Source: Antedon mediterranea (Eukaryota; Animalia; Echinodermata). Taken from it: a DNA stretch of 64,000 bases. Within the stretch, counting starts at the first letter, position 1, and each line of letters begins with the position of its first letter. The notes under the pieces are model-generated. The model worked only from the letters and a program-made list of their open reading frames with translations, was not told the DNA's origin and ran no database searches. Both the position numbers and the translations under genes were made by a program. Shown here one piece after another: positions 27,821-43,200 of this stretch. Location: positions 10,540,001 to 10,604,000 of the forward strand of contig NC_092680.1 in assembly GCF_964355755.1 (NCBI RefSeq), given 5' to 3'.

Positions 27821-30800
27821 TCCCTCTCTTGCTGATCTATCTCTCTCTCGCTGATCTATCCCTCTCTCGCTGATCTATCTCTCTCTCGCTGATCTATCTG
27901 TGTCTTGCTGATCTATCTCTCTCTCGCTGATCTATCTGTGTCTCGCTGATCTATCTCTCTCTCGCTGATCTAACTCTCTCTCGCTGATCTATCTCTCTCT
28001 CTCGCTGATCTATCTGTGTCTCTCTGATCTATCTTTCTCTCGCTGATATCCATCTCTCTGTCGCTTATCTATCTCTCTCTCGCTTATCTATCTCTATCTC
28101 GCTGATCTATCTCTCTCTCGCTGATCTATCTCTCTCTCGCTGATATATCTCTCTCTTGCTGATCTATCTCTCTCTCGCTGATCTATCTCTCTCGCTGATC
28201 TATCTCTATCTCGCTGATCTATCTCTCTCTCGCTGATCTATCTCTCTCTCGCTGATCTATCCCTCTCTCGCTGATCTATCTCTCTCTCGCTGATCTATCT
28301 GTGTCTTGCTGATCTATCTCTCTCTTGCTGATCTATCTCTCTCTCGCTTATCTATCTCTATCTCGCTGATCTATCTCTCTCTCGCTTATCTATCTCTCTC
28401 TCGCTGATATATCTCTCTCTTGCTGATCTATCTCTCTCTCGCTGATCTATCTCTCTCGCTGATCTATCTCTATCTCGCTGATCTATCTCTCTCTCGCTGA
28501 TCTATCTCTATCTCGCTGATCTATCTCTCTCTCGCTGATCTATCTCTCTCTCGCTGATCTATCTCTCTCTCGCTGATCTATCTCTCCCTCTCACTGATCT
28601 ATCTCCCTCTCGCTGATCTATCTCTCTCGCTGATCTATCTCTTTCTCGCTCATCTATCTCTCTCTCGCTGATCTATCTCTCTGTCGCTGATCTATCTCTC
28701 TCTCGCTGATCTATATCTCTCTCGCTGATCTCTCTCTCTCTCGCTGATCTATCTTTCTCTCGCTCATCTATCTCTCTCTCGCTGATCTATCTCTCTGTCG
28801 CTGATCTATCTCTCTCTCGCTGATCTATATCTCTCTCGCTGATCTCTCTCTCTCTCTCTCGCTGATCTATCTCTCTCTCGCTGATATATCTCTCTCTCGC
28901 TGATCTATCTCTCTCTCGCTGATCTATCTCTCTCTCTCTCTCTCGCTGATCTATCTCTCTCTCGCTGATCTATCTCTCTCTCTCGCTGATCTATCTCTCT
29001 CTCGCTGATCTATCTCTCTCTCGCTGATCTATCTCTCTCTCGCTGATATATCTCTCTCTCGCTGATCTATCTCTCTCTCGCTGATCTATCTCTCTCTCGC
29101 TGATCTATCGCTCTCTCGCTGATCTATCTCTCTCTCTCGCTGATCTATCTCTCTCTCGCGGATCTATCTCTCTCTTTCTCTGATCTATCTCTCTCTCGCT
29201 GATCTATCCCTCTCTCCTCGATCTATCTCTCTCTTGCTGATCTATCCCTCTCTCGCTGATCTATCTCTCTCTCGCTGATCTATCTGTGTCTTGCTGATCT
29301 ATCTCTCTCTTGCTGATCTATCTGTGTCTCGCTGATCTATCTCTCTCTCGCTGATCTAACTCTCTCTCGCTGATCTATCTCTCTCTCGCTGATCTATCTG
29401 TGTCTCTCTGATCTATCTCTCTCTCGCTGATATCCATCTCTCTGTCGCTTATCTATCTCTTTCTCGCTTATCTATCTCTATCTCGCTGATCTATCTCTTT
29501 CTCGCTGATCTATCTCTCTCTCACTGATCTATCTCTCTCTCTCGCTGATCTATCTGTGTCTCGCTGATCTATCTCTCTCTCTCGCTGATCTAACTCTCTT
29601 TCGCTGATCTATCTCTCTCTCGCTGATCTATCTGTGTCTCGCTGATCTATCTCTCTCTCGCTGATCTATCTGTGTCTCGCTGATCTATCTCCCTCTCGCT
29701 GATCTATCTCTCTCTCACTGATCTATCTCTCTCTCGCTGATCTATCTGTGTCTCGCTGATATATCTCTCTCTCGCTGATCTATCTCTCTCTCGCTGATCT
29801 ATCTCTCTCGCTGATCTATCTCTCTCGCTTATCTATCTCTCTGTCGCTGATCTATCTCTCTCTCGCTGATCTATATCTCTCTCGCTGATCTATCTCTCTC
29901 TCTGTCGCTGATCTATCTCTCTCTCGCTGATCAATCTCTCTGTCGTTGATCTATCTCTCTCTCGCTGATCTGCCTCTCTGTCGCTGATCTATCTCTCTCT
30001 CGCTAATCTATCTCTCTGTCGCTGATCTATCCCTCTCTCGCTTATCTATCTCTTTCTCGCTGATCTATCTCTCTCTCGCTGATCTATCTCTTTCTCGCTG
30101 AACTATCTCTCTCTCGCTGATATATCTCTCTCTTGCTGATCTATCTCTCTCTCGCTGATCTATCTCTCTCGCTGATCTATCTCTATCTCGCTGATCTATC
30201 TCTCTCTCGCTGATCTATCTCTATCTCGCTGATCTATCTCTCTCTCGCTGATCTATCTCTCTCTCTCTGATCTATCTCTCTCTCGCTGATCTATCTCTCT
30301 CTCGCTGATCTATCTCTCTCTCTCTCCCGCTGATCTATCTCTCTCTCGCTGATCTATCCCTCTCTCGCTGATCTATCTCTCTCTCGCTGATCTATCTCTC
30401 TCTTGCTGATATATCTCTCTCTCGCTGATCTATCTCTCTCTCGCTGATCTATATCTCTCGCTGATCTATCGCTCTCTCGCTGATCTATCTCTCTCTCTCT
30501 CGCTGATCTATCTCTCTCTCGCGGATCTATCTCTCTCTCTCTCTCTGATCTATCTCTCTCTCGCTGATCTATCCCTCTCTCGCTGATCTATATCTCTCTC
30601 GCTGATCTATCCCTCTCTCCTCGATCTATCTCTCTCTCGCTGATCTATCCCTCTCTCGCTGATCTATCTCTCTCTCGCTGATCTATCTGTGTCTTGCTGA
30701 TCTATCTCTCTCTTGCTGATCTAACTCTCTCTCGCTGATCTATCTCTCTCTCGCTGATCTATCTGTGTCTCTCTGATCTATCTCTCTTTCGCTGATATCC

Positions 30801-31989
30801 ATCTCTCTGTCGCTTTTCTATCTCTCTCTCGCTTATCTATCTCTCTCTCGCTGATCTATCTCTCTCTCGCTGATCTATCTCTCTCTCGCTGATATATCTC
30901 TTTCTTGCTGATCTATCTCTCTCTCGCTGATCTATCCCTCTCGCTGATCTATCTCTATCTCGCTGATCTATCTCTATCTCGCTGATCTATCTCTTTCTCG
31001 CTGATCTATCTTTCTCTCACTGATCTATCTCTCTCTCGCTGATCTATCTGTGTCTCGCTGATCTATCTCTCTCTCTCTCGCTGATCTAACTCTCTTTCGC
31101 TGATCTATCTCTCTCTCGCTGATCTATCTGTGTCTCGCTGATCTATCTCTCTCTCGCTGATCTATCTGTGTCTCGCTGATCTATCTCCCTCTCGCTGATC
31201 TATCTCTCTCTCGCTGATCTATCTCTCTCTCGCTGATCTATCTGTGTCTCGCTGATATATCTCTCTCTCTCTCGCTGATCTATCTCTCTCTCGCTGATCT
31301 ATCTCTCTCGCTGATCTATCTCTCTCTCGCTCATCTATCTCTCTCTCGCTGATCTATCTCTCTGTCGCTGATCTATCTCTCTCTCGCTGATCTATATCTC
31401 TCTCGCTGATCTATCTCTCTCTCTCGCTGATCTATCTCTCTCTCGCTGATCTATCTATCTCTCTGTCGCTGATCTATCTCTCCCCCGCTGATCAATCTCT
31501 CTGTCGTTGATCTATCTCTCTCTCGCTGATCTGTCTCTCTGTCGCTGATCTATCTCTTTCTCGCTAATCTATCTCTCTGTCGCTGATCTATCTCTTTCTC
31601 GCTTATCTATCTCTTTCTCGCTGATCTATCTCTCTCTCGCTGATCTATCTCTTTCTCGCTGATCTATCTCTCTCTCGCTGATATATCTCTCTCTCGCTGA
31701 TCTATCTCTCTCTCGCTGATCTATCTCTATCTCGCTGATCTATCTCTCTCTCGCTGATCTATCTCTATCTCGCTGATCTATCTCTCTCTCGCTGATCTAT
31801 CTCTCTCTCTCTCTGATCTATCTCTCTCTCGCTGATCTATCTCTCTCTCTCGCTGATCTATCTCTCTCTCACTGATCTATCTCTCTCTCGCTGATCTATC
31901 TCTCTCTCGCTGATCTATCTCTCTCTAGCTGATTTATCTCCCTCTCGCTGATCTATCTCTCTCTCGCTGATCTATCTCTCTCTTGCTGA

Positions 31990-32068
<79 letters not shown>

Positions 32069-35000
32069 TCTATCTCTCTCTCACTGATCTATCTCTCTCT
32101 CGTTGATCTATCTCTCTCTCTCGCTGATCTATCTCTCTCTCGCTGATCTCTCTCTCTCTCTCTCGCTGATCTATCTCTCTCGCTGATCTATCTCTCTCAC
32201 GCTGATCTATCTCTCTCTCGCTGATCTATCTCTCTCTCTCTCTCTCGCTGATCTATCTCTCTCTCGCTGATCTATCTCTCTTTCTCGCTGATCTATCTCT
32301 CTCTCGCTGATCTATCTCTCTCTCGCTGATCTATCTCTCTCTCGCTGATATATCTCTCTCTCGCTGATCTATCTCTCTCTCGCTGATCTATCTCTCTCTC
32401 GCTGATCTATCGCTCTCTCGCTGATCTATCTCTCTCTCTCGCTGATCTATCTCTCTCTCGCGGATCTATCTCTCTCTCTCTCTGATCTATCTCTCTCTCG
32501 CTGATCTATCCCTCTCTCGCTGATCTATCTCTCTCTCGCTGATCTATCCCTCTCTTGCTGATCTATCTCTCTCTCGCTGATCTATCCCTCTCTCGCTGAT
32601 CTATCTCTCTCTCGCTGATCTATCTGTGTCTTGCTGATCTATCTCTCTCTCGCTGATCTATCTGTGTCTCGCTGATCTATCTCTCTCTCGCTGATCTAAC
32701 TCTCTCTCGCTGATCTATCTCTCTCTCTCGCTGATCTATCTGTGTCTCTCTGATCTATCTCTCTCTCGCTGATATCCATCTCTCTGTCGCTTATCTATCT
32801 CTCTCTCGCTTATCTATCTCTATCTCGCTGATCTATCTCTCTCTCGCTGATCTATCTCTCTCTCGCTGATATATCTCTCTCTTGCTGATCTATCTCTCTC
32901 TCGCTGATCTATCTCTCTCGCTGATATATCTCTATCTCGCTGATCTATCTCTCTCTCGCTGATCTATCTCTCTCTCGCTGATTTATCCCTCTCTCGCTGA
33001 TATATCTCTCTCTCGCTGATCTATCTCTCTCTCGCTGATCTATCTCTCTCTCGCTGATCTATCGCTCTCTTGCTGATCTATCTCTCTCTCTCGCTGATCT
33101 ATCTCTCTCTCGCGGATCTATCTCTCTCTCTCTCTGATCTATCTCTCTCTCGCTGATCTATCCCTCTCTCGCTGATCTATCTCTCTCTCGCTGATCTATC
33201 CCTCTCTTGCTGATCTATCTCTCTCTCGCTGATCTATCCCTCTCTCGCTGATCTATCTCTCTCTCGCTGATCTATCTGTGTCTTGCTGATCTATCTCTCT
33301 CTCGCTGATCTATCTGTGTCTCGCTGATCTATCTCTCTCTCGCTGATCTAACTCTCTCTCGCTGATCTATCTCTCTCTCTCGCTGATCTATCTGTGTCTC
33401 TCTGATCTATCTTTCTCTCGCTGATATCCATCTCTCTGTCGCTTATCTATCTCTCTCTCGCTTATCTATCTCTATCTCGCTGATCTATCTCTCTCTCGCT
33501 GATCTATCTCTCTCTCGCTTATCTATCTCTATCTCGCTGATCTATCTCTCTCTCGCTGATCTATCTCTCTCTCGCTGATCTATCCCTCTCTCGCTGATCT
33601 ATCTCTCTCTCGCTGATCTATCTCTCTCGCTGATCTATCTCTATCTCGCTGATCTATCTCTCTCTCGCTGATCTATCTCTCTCTCGCTGATCTATCCCTC
33701 TCTCGCTGATCTATCTCTCTCTCGCTGATCTATCTGTGTCTTGCTGATCTATCTCTCTCTTGCTGATCTATCTCTCTCTCGCTTATCTATCTCTATCTCG
33801 CTGATCTATCTCTCTCTCGCTGATCTATCTCTCTCTCGCTGATATATCTCTCTCTTGCTGATCTATCTCTCTCTCGCTGATCTATCTCTCTCGCTGATCT
33901 ATCTCTATCTCGCTGATCTATCTCTCTCTCGCTGATCTATCTCTATCTCGCTGATCTATCTCTCTCTCGCTGATCTATCTCTCTCTCGCTGATCTATCTC
34001 TCTCTCGCTGATCTATCTCTCCCTCTCACTGATCTATCTCCCTCTCGCTGATCTATCTCTCTCGCTGATCTATCTCTTTCTCGCTCATCTATCTCTCTCT
34101 CGCTGATCTATCTCTCTGTCGCTGATCTATCTCTCTCTCGCTGATCTATATCTCTCTCGCTGATCTCTCTCTCTCTCGCTGATCTATCTTTCTCTCGCTC
34201 ATCTATCTCTCTCTCGCTGATCTATCTCTCTGTCGCTGATCTATCTCTCTCTCGCTGATCTATATCTCTCTCGCTGATCTCTCTCTCTCTCGCTGATCTA
34301 TCTCTCTCTCGCTGATATATCTCTCTCTCGCTGATCTATCTCACTCTCGCTGATCTATCTCTCTCTCTCTCTCGCTGATCTATCTCTCTCTCGCTGATCT
34401 ATCTCTCTCTCGCGGATCTATCACTCTCTCTCTCTGATCTATCTCTCTCTCGCTGATCTATCTCTCTCTCGCTGATATATCTCTCTCTCGCTGATCTATC
34501 TCTCTCTCGCTGATCTATCTCTCTCTCGCTGATCTATCGCTCTCTCGCTGATCTATCTCTCTCCCTCGCTGATCTATCTCTCTCTCGCGGATCTATCTCT
34601 CTCTTTCTCTGATCTATCTCTCTCTCGCTGATCTATCCCTCTCTCCTCGATCTATCTCTCTCTTGCTGATCTATCCCTCTCTCGCTGATCTATCTCTCTC
34701 TCGCTGATCTATCTGTGTCTTGCTGATCTATCTCTCTCTTGCTGATCTATCTGTGTCTCGCTGATCTATCTCTCTCTCGCTGATCTAGCTCTCTCTCGCT
34801 GATCTATCTCTCTCTCGCTGATCTATCTGTGTCTCTCTGATCTATCTCTCTCTCGCTGATATCCATCTCTCTGTCGCTTATCTATCTCTCTCTCGCTTAT
34901 CTATCTCTATCTCGCTGATCTATCTCTTTCTCGCTGATCTATCTCTCTCTCACTGATCTATCTCTCTCTCTCGCTGATCTATCTGTGTCTCGCTGATCTA

Positions 35001-37170
35001 TCTCTCTCTCTCGCTGATCTAACTCTCTTTCGCTGATCTATCTCTCTCTCGCTGATCTATCTGTGTCTCGCTGATCTATCTCTCTCTCGCTGATCTATCT
35101 GTGTCTCGCTGATCTATCTCCCTCTCGCTGATCTATCTCTCTCTCGCTGATCTATCTCTCTCTCGCTGATCTATCTGTGTCTCGCTGATATATCTCTCTC
35201 TCGCTGATCTATCTCTCTCTCGCTGATCTATCTCTCTCGCTGATCTATCTCTCTCGCTCATCTATCTCTCTCTCGCTCATCTATCTCTCTGTCGCTGATC
35301 TATCTCTCTCTCGCTGATCTACATCTCTCTCGCTGATCTATCTCTCTCTCTGTCGCTGATCTATCTCTCTCTCGCTGATCAATCTCTCTGTCGTTGATCT
35401 ATCTCTCTCTCGCTGATCTGTCTCTCTGTCGCTGATCTATCTCTCTCTCGCTAATCTATCTCTCTGTCACTGATCTATCTCTCTCTCGCTTATCTATCTC
35501 TTTCTCGCTGATCTATCTCTCTCTCGCTGATCTATCTCTTTCTCGCTGAACTATCTCTTTCTCGCTGATATATCTCTCTCTTGCTGATCTATCTCTCTCT
35601 CGCTGATCTATCTCTCTCGCTGATCTATCTCTATCTCGCTGATCTATCTCTCTCTCGCTGATCTATCTCTATCTCGCTGATCTATCTCTCTCTCGCTGAT
35701 CTATCTCTCTCTCTCTGATCTATCTCTCTCTCGCTGATCTATCTCTCTCTCTCGCTGATCTATCTCTCTCTCACTGATCTATCTCTCTCTCGCTGATCTA
35801 TCTCTCTCTAGCTGATTTATCTCCCTCTCGCTGATCTATCTCTCTCTCGCTGATCTATCTCTCTCTTGCTGATCTATCTCTCTCTCTCTTTTGCTGATCT
35901 ATCTCTCTCTCGCTGATCTATCTCTCTCTCGTTGATCTATCTCTCTCTCGCTGATCTATCTCTCTCTCGCTGATCTCTCTCTCTCTCTCTCTCTCGCTGA
36001 TCTATCTCTCTCTCGCTGATCTATCTCTCTCACGCTGATCTATATCTCTCTCGCTGATCTATCTCTCTCTCTCTCTCTCTCGCTGATCTATCTCTCTCTC
36101 GCTGATCTATCTCTCTTTCTCGCTGATCTATCTCTCTCTCGCTGATCTATCTCTCTCTCGCTGATCTATCTCTCTCTCCCTGATATATCTCTCTCTCGCT
36201 GATCTATCTCTCTCTCGCTGATCTATCTCTCTCTCGCTGATCTATCGCTCTCTCGCTGATCTATCTCTCTCTCTCGCTGATCTATCTCTCTCTTGCTGAT
36301 CTATCTCTCTCTCTCGCTGTTCTATCTCTCTCTCGCTGATCTATCTCTCTCGCTGATCTATCTGTGTCTCGCTGATCTATCTCTCTCTTGCAGATATATC
36401 TGTGTCTCGCTGATCTATCTCTCTCTCGCTGATCTAACTCTCTCTCGCTGATCTATCTCTCTCTCGCTGATATATATGTGTCTCGCTGATCTATCTCTCT
36501 CTCGCTGATCTATCTGTGTCTCGCTGGTCGATCTCCCTCTCGCTGATCTATCTCTCCCTCGCTGATCTATCTGTGTCTCGCTGATCTATCTCTCTCTCGC
36601 TGATCTATCTCTCTCTCGCTGATCTATCTCTCTCTCGCTGATCTACCTCTCCCTCTCACTGATCTATCTCCCTATCGCTGATCTATCTCTCTCTCGCTGA
36701 TCTATCTCTCTCTTGCTGATCTATCTCTCTCTTGCTGATCTATCTCTCTCTCTCTCGCTGATCTATCTCTCTCGCTGATCTATCTCTCTCTCTCTCGCTG
36801 ATCTATCTCTCTCTCTCACGCTGATCTATCTCTCTCTCGCTGATCTATCTCTCTCTCGCTGATATATCTCTCTCTTGCTGATCTATCTCTCTCTCGCTGA
36901 TCTATCTCTCTCTCGCTGATCTGTCTCTATCTCGCTGATCTATCTCTCTCTCGCTGATCTATCTCTATCTCGCTGATCTATCTCTCTCTCGCTGATCTAT
37001 CTCTCTCTCTCTCTCTGATCTATCTCTCTCTCGCTGATCTATCTCTCTCTCTCACTGATCTATCTCTCTCTCGCTGATCTATCTCTCTCTCGCTGATCTA
37101 TCTCTCTCTAGCTGATTTATCTCCCTCTCGCTAATCTATCTCTCTCTCGCTGATCTATCTCTCTCTTGCT

Positions 37171-37208
<38 letters not shown>

Positions 37209-40200
37209 TCGCTGATCTATCTCTCTCTCGCTGATCTATCTCTCTCTCGTTGATCTATCTCTCTCTCTCGCTGATCTATCTCTCTCTCGCTGATCTCTCT
37301 CTCTCTCTCTCGCTGATCTATCTCTCTCTCGCTGATCTATCTCTCTCACGCTGATCTATCTCTCTCTCGCTGATCTATCTCTCTCTCTCTCTCGCTGATC
37401 TATCTCTCTCTCGCTGATCTATCTCTCTTTCTCGCTGATCTATCTCTCTCTCGCTGATCTATCTCTCTCTCGCTGATCTATCTCTCTCTCGCTGATATAT
37501 CTCTCTCTCGCTGATCTATCTCTCTCTCGCTGATCTATCTCTCTCTCGCTGATCTATCGCTCTCTCGCTGATCTATCTCTCTCTCTCGCTGATCTATCTC
37601 TCTCTCGCGGATCTATCTCTCTCTCTCGCTGATCTATCTCTCTCTCGCTGATCTATCCCTCTCTCGCTGATCTATCTCTCTCTCGCTGATCTATCCCTCT
37701 CTTGCTGATCTATCTCTCTCTCGCTGATCTATCCCTCTCTCGCTGATCTATCTCTCTCTCTCGCTGATCTATCTGTGTCTTGCTGATCTATCTCTCTCTT
37801 GCTGATCTATCTGTGTCTCGCTGATCTATCTCTCTCTAGCTGATCTATCTGTGTCTCTCGCTGATCTATATCTCTCTCGCTGATCTATCTGTGTCTCTCT
37901 AATCTATATCTCTCTCGCTGATATCCATCTCTCTGTCGCTTATCTATCTCTCTCTCGCTTATCTATCTCTATCTCGCTGATCTATCTCTCTCTCTCGCTG
38001 ATCTATCTCTCTTTCGCTGATCTATCTCTCTGTCGCTGATCTATCTCTCTCTCGCTGATCTATTTCTCTGTCGTTGATCTATCTCTCTCTCACTGATCTG
38101 TCTCTCTGTCGCTGATCTATCTCTCTCTCGCTAATCTATCTCTCTGTCGCTGATCTATCTCTCTCTCGCTTATCTATCTCTTTCTCGCTGATCTATCTCT
38201 CTCTTGCTGATCTATCTCTCTCTTGCTGATCTATCTCTCTCTCTCGCTGATCTATCTCTCTCTCGCTGATCTATCTCTCTTTCTCGCTGATCTATCTCTC
38301 TCTCGCTGATCTATCTCTCTCTCGCTTATCTATCTCTCTCTCGCTGATATATCTCTCTCTCACTGATCTATCTCTCTCTCGCTGATCTATCTCTCTCTCG
38401 CTGATCTATCTCTCTCTCTCTCGCTGATCTATCTGTGTCTCGCTGATCTATCTCTCTCTCTCGCTGATCTAACTCTCTTTCGCTGATCTATCTCTCTCTC
38501 GCTGATCTATCTGTGTCTCGCTGATCTATCTCTCTCTCGCTGATCTATCTGTGTCTCGCTGATCTATCTCCCTCTCGCTGATCTATCTCTCTCTCGCTGA
38601 TCTATCTCTCTCTCGCTGATCTATCTGTGTCTCGCTGATATATCTCTCTCTCTCTCGCTGATCTATCTCTCTCTCGCTGATCTATCTCTCTCGCTGATCT
38701 ATCTCTCTCTCGCTGATCTATCTCTATCTCGCTGATCTATCTCTCTCTCGCTGATCTATCTCTATCTCGCTGATCTATCTCTCTCTCGTTGATCTATCTC
38801 TCTCTCGCTGATCTATCTCTCTCTCGCTGATCTACCTCTCTCTCTCGCTGATCTATCTCTCTCGCTGATCTATCTCTCTCTCTCTCGCTGATCTATCTCT
38901 TTCTCGCTGATCTATCTCTCTCTCGCTGATCTATCTCTCTCTCGCTGATATATCTCTCTCTCGCTGATCTATCTCTCTCTCGCTGATCTATCTCTCTCGC
39001 TGATCTATCGCTCTCTCGCTGATCTATCTCTCTCTCTCGCTGATCTATCTCTCTCTCGCGGATCTATCTCTCTCTCTCTCTGATCTATCTCTCTCTCGCT
39101 GATCTATCCCTCTCTCGCTGATCTATCTATCTCTCGCTGATCTATCCCTCTCTCCTCGATCTATCTCTCTCTCGCTGATCTATCTCTCTCTCGCTGATCT
39201 ATCTCTCTCTCGCTGATCTATCTGTGTCTCGCTGATCTATCTCTCTCTCTCTCGCTGATCTAACTCTCTTTCGCTGATCTATCTCTCTCTCTGATCTATC
39301 TGTGTCTCGCTGATCTATCTCTCTCTCGCTGATCTATCTGTGTCTCGCTGATCTATCTCCCTCTCGCTGATCTATCTCTCTCTCGCTGATCTATCTCTCT
39401 CTCGCTGATCTATCTGTGTCTCGCTGATATATCCCTCTCTCTCTCTCTCTCTCGCTGATCTATCTGTGTCTCGCTGATATATCCCTCTCTCTCTCTCTCT
39501 CGCTGATCTATCTCTCTCGCTGATCTATCTCTCTGTCGCTGATCTATCTCTCTCTCGCTGATCTATCTCTCTGTCGCTGATCTATCTCTCTCTCGCTGAT
39601 CTATATCTCTCTCGCTGATCTCTCTCTCTCTCGCTGATCTATCTCTCTCTCGCTGATCTATCTCTCTCTCGCTGATCTATCTCTCTCTCGCTGATCTATC
39701 TCTCTCTCGCTGATCTATCTCTCTCTCTCTCTCTCGCTGATCTATCTCTCTCTCGCTGATCTATCTCTCTCTCTCGCTGATCTATCTCTCTCTCGCTGAT
39801 CTATCTCTCTCTCGCTGATCTATCTCTCTCTCGCTGATATATCTCTCTCTCGCTGATCTATCTCTCTCTCGCTGATCTATCTCTCTCTCGCTGATCTATC
39901 GCTCTCTCGCTGATCTATCTCTCTCTCTCGCTGATCTATCTCTCTCTCGCGGATCTATCACTCTCTCTCTCTCTGATCTATCTCTCTCTCGCTGATCTAT
40001 CCCTCTCTCGCTGATCTATCTCTCTCTCGCTGATCTATCCCTCTCTCCTCGATCTATCTCTCTCTCGCTGATCTATCCCTCTCTCGCTGATCTATCTCTC
40101 TCTCGCTGATCTATCTGTGTCTTGCTGATCTATCTCTCTCTTGCTGATCTATCTGTGTCTCGCTGATCTATCTCTCTCTCGCTGATCTAACTCTCTCTCG

Positions 40201-43200
40201 CTGATCTATCTCTCTCGCTGATCTATCTCTATCTCGCTGATCTATCTCTATCTCGCTGATCTATCTCTTTCTCGCTGATCTATCTCTCTCTCGCTGATCT
40301 ATCTCTCTCTCGCTGATCTATCTGTGTCTCGCTGATCTTTCTCTCTCTCTCGCTGATCTAACTCTCTTTCGCTGATCTATCTCTCTCTCGCTGATCTATC
40401 TGTGTCTCGCTGATCTATCTCTCTATCACTGATCTATCTGTGTCTCGCTGATCTATCTCCCTCTCGCTGATCTATCTCTCTCTCGCTGATCTATCTCTCT
40501 CTCGCTGATCTATCTGTGTCTCGCTGATATATCTCTCTCTCTCTCGCTGATCTATCTCTCTCTCGCTGATCCATCTCTCTCGCTGATCTATCTCTCTCTC
40601 ACTCATCTATCTCTCTGTCGCTGATCTATCTCTCTGTCGCTGATCTATCTCTCTCTCTCGCTGATCTATATCTCTCTCGCTGATCTATCTCTCTCTCTCG
40701 CTGATCTATCTCTCTCTCGCTGATCTATCTATCTCTCTGTCGCTGATCTATCTCTCTCTCGCTGATCTATCTCTCTGTCGTTGATCTATCTCTCTCTCGC
40801 TCATCTATCTCTCTCTCGCTGATCTATCTCTCTCTCGCTGATCTATCCCTCTCTCCTCGATCTATCTCTCTCTCGCTGATCTATCTCTCTCTCTCGCTGA
40901 TCTATCTGTGTCTCGCTGATCTATCTCTCTCTCTCTCTCTCGCTGATCTAACTCTCTTTCGCTGATCTATCTCTCTCTCTCTGATCTATCTGTGTCTCGC
41001 TGATCTATCTCTCTCTCTCGCGTATCTATCTGTGTCTCGCTGATCTATCTCCCTCTCGCTGATCTATCTCTCTCTCGCTGATCTATCTCTCTCTCGCTGA
41101 TCTATCTGTGTCTCGCTGATATATCCCTCTCTCTCTCTCTCTCTCGCTGATCTATCTCTCTCGCTGATCTATCTCTCTCGCTGATCTATATCTATGTCGC
41201 TGATCTATCTCTCTCTCGCTGATCTATCTCTCTGTCGCTGATCTATCTCTCTCTCGCTGATCTATATCTCTCTCGCTGATCTCTCTCTCTCTCGCTGATC
41301 TATCTCTCTCTCGCTGATCTATCTCTCTCTCGCTGATCTATCTCTCTCTCGCTGATCTATCTCTCTCTCGCTGATCTCTCTCTCTCTCTCTCTCTCGCTG
41401 ATCTATCTCTCTCTTGCTGATCTATCTCTCTCTCTCGCTGATCTATCTCTCTCTCGCTGATCTATCTCTCTCTCGCTGATCTATCTCTCTCTCGCTGATA
41501 TATCTCTCTCTCGCTGATCTATCTCTCTCTCGCTGATCTATCTCTCTAACGCTGATCTATCGCTCTCTCGCTGATCTATCTCTCTCTCTCGCTGATCTAT
41601 CTCTCTCTCGCGGATCTATCACTCTCTCTCTCTGATCTATCTCTCTCTCGCTGATCTATCCCTCTCTCGCTGATCAATCTCTCTCTCGCTGATCTATCCC
41701 TCTCTCCTCGATCTATCTCTCTCTCGCTGATCTATCCCTCTCTCGCTGATCTATTTCTCTCTCACTGATCTATCTGTGTCTTGCTGATCTATCTCTCTCT
41801 TGCTGATCTATCTGTGTCTCGCTGATCTATCTCTCTCTCGCTGATCTAACTCTCTCTCGCTGATCTATATTTCTCGCTGATCTATCTCTATCTCGCTGAT
41901 CTATCTCTATCTCGCAGATCTATCTCTTTCTCGCTGATCTATCTCTCTCTCGCTGATCTATCTCTCTCTCGCTGATCTATCTCTCTCTCGCTGATCTATC
42001 TGTGTCTCGCTGATATATCTCTCTCTCTCTCGCTGATCTATCTCTCTCTCGCTGATCCATCTCTCTCGCTGATCTATCTCTCTCTCACTCATCTATCTCT
42101 CTGTCGCTGATCTATCTCTCTGTCGCTGATCTATCTCTCTCTCTCGCTGATCTATATCTCTCTCGCTGATCTATCTCTCTCTCTCGCTGATCTATCTCTC
42201 TCTCGCTGATCTATCTATCTCTCTGTCGCTGATCTATCTCTCTCTCGCTGATCTATCTCTCTGTCGTTGATCTATCTCTCTCTCGCTCATCTATCTCTCT
42301 CTCGCTGATCTATCTCTCTCTCGCTGATCTATCCCTCTCTCCTCGATCTATCTCTCTCTCGCTGATCTATCTCTCTCTCTCGCTGATCTATCTGTGTCTC
42401 GCTGATCTATCTCTCTCTCTCTCTCTCGCTGATCTAACTCTCTTTCGCTGATCTATCTCTCTCTCTCTGATCTATCTGTGTCTCGCTGATCTATCTCTCT
42501 CTCTCGCGTATCTATCTGTGTCTCGCTGATCTATCTCCCTCTCGCTGATCTATCTCTCTCTCGCTGATCTATCTCTCTCTCGCTGATCTATCTGTGTCTC
42601 GCTGATATATCCCTCTCTCTCTCTCTCTCTCGCTGATCTATCTCTCTCGCTGATCTATCTCTCTCGCTGATCTATATCTATGTCACTGATCTATCTCTCT
42701 CTCGCTGATCTATCTCTCTGTCGCTGATCTATCTCTCTCTCGCTGATCTATATCTCTCTCGCTGATCTCTCTCTCTCTCGCTGATCTATCTCTCTCTCGC
42801 TGATCTATCTCTCTCTCGCTGATCTATCTCTCTCTCGCTGATCTATCTCTCTCTCGCTGATCTCTCTCTCTCTCTCTCTCTCGCTGATCTATCTCTCTCT
42901 CGCTGATCTATCTCTCTCTCTCGCTGATCTATCTCTCTCTCGCTGATCTATCTCTCTCTCGCTGATCTATCTCTCTCTCGCTGATATATCTCTCTCTCGC
43001 TGATCTATCTCTCTCTCGCTGATCTATCTCTCTAACGCTGATCTATCGCTCTCTCGCTGATCTATCTCTCTCTCTCGCTGATCTATCTCTCTCTCGCGGA
43101 TCTATCACTCTCTCTCTCTGATCTATCTCTCTCTCGCTGATCTATCCCTCTCTCGCTGATCTATCTCTCTCTCGCTGATCTATCCCTCTCTCCTCGATCT

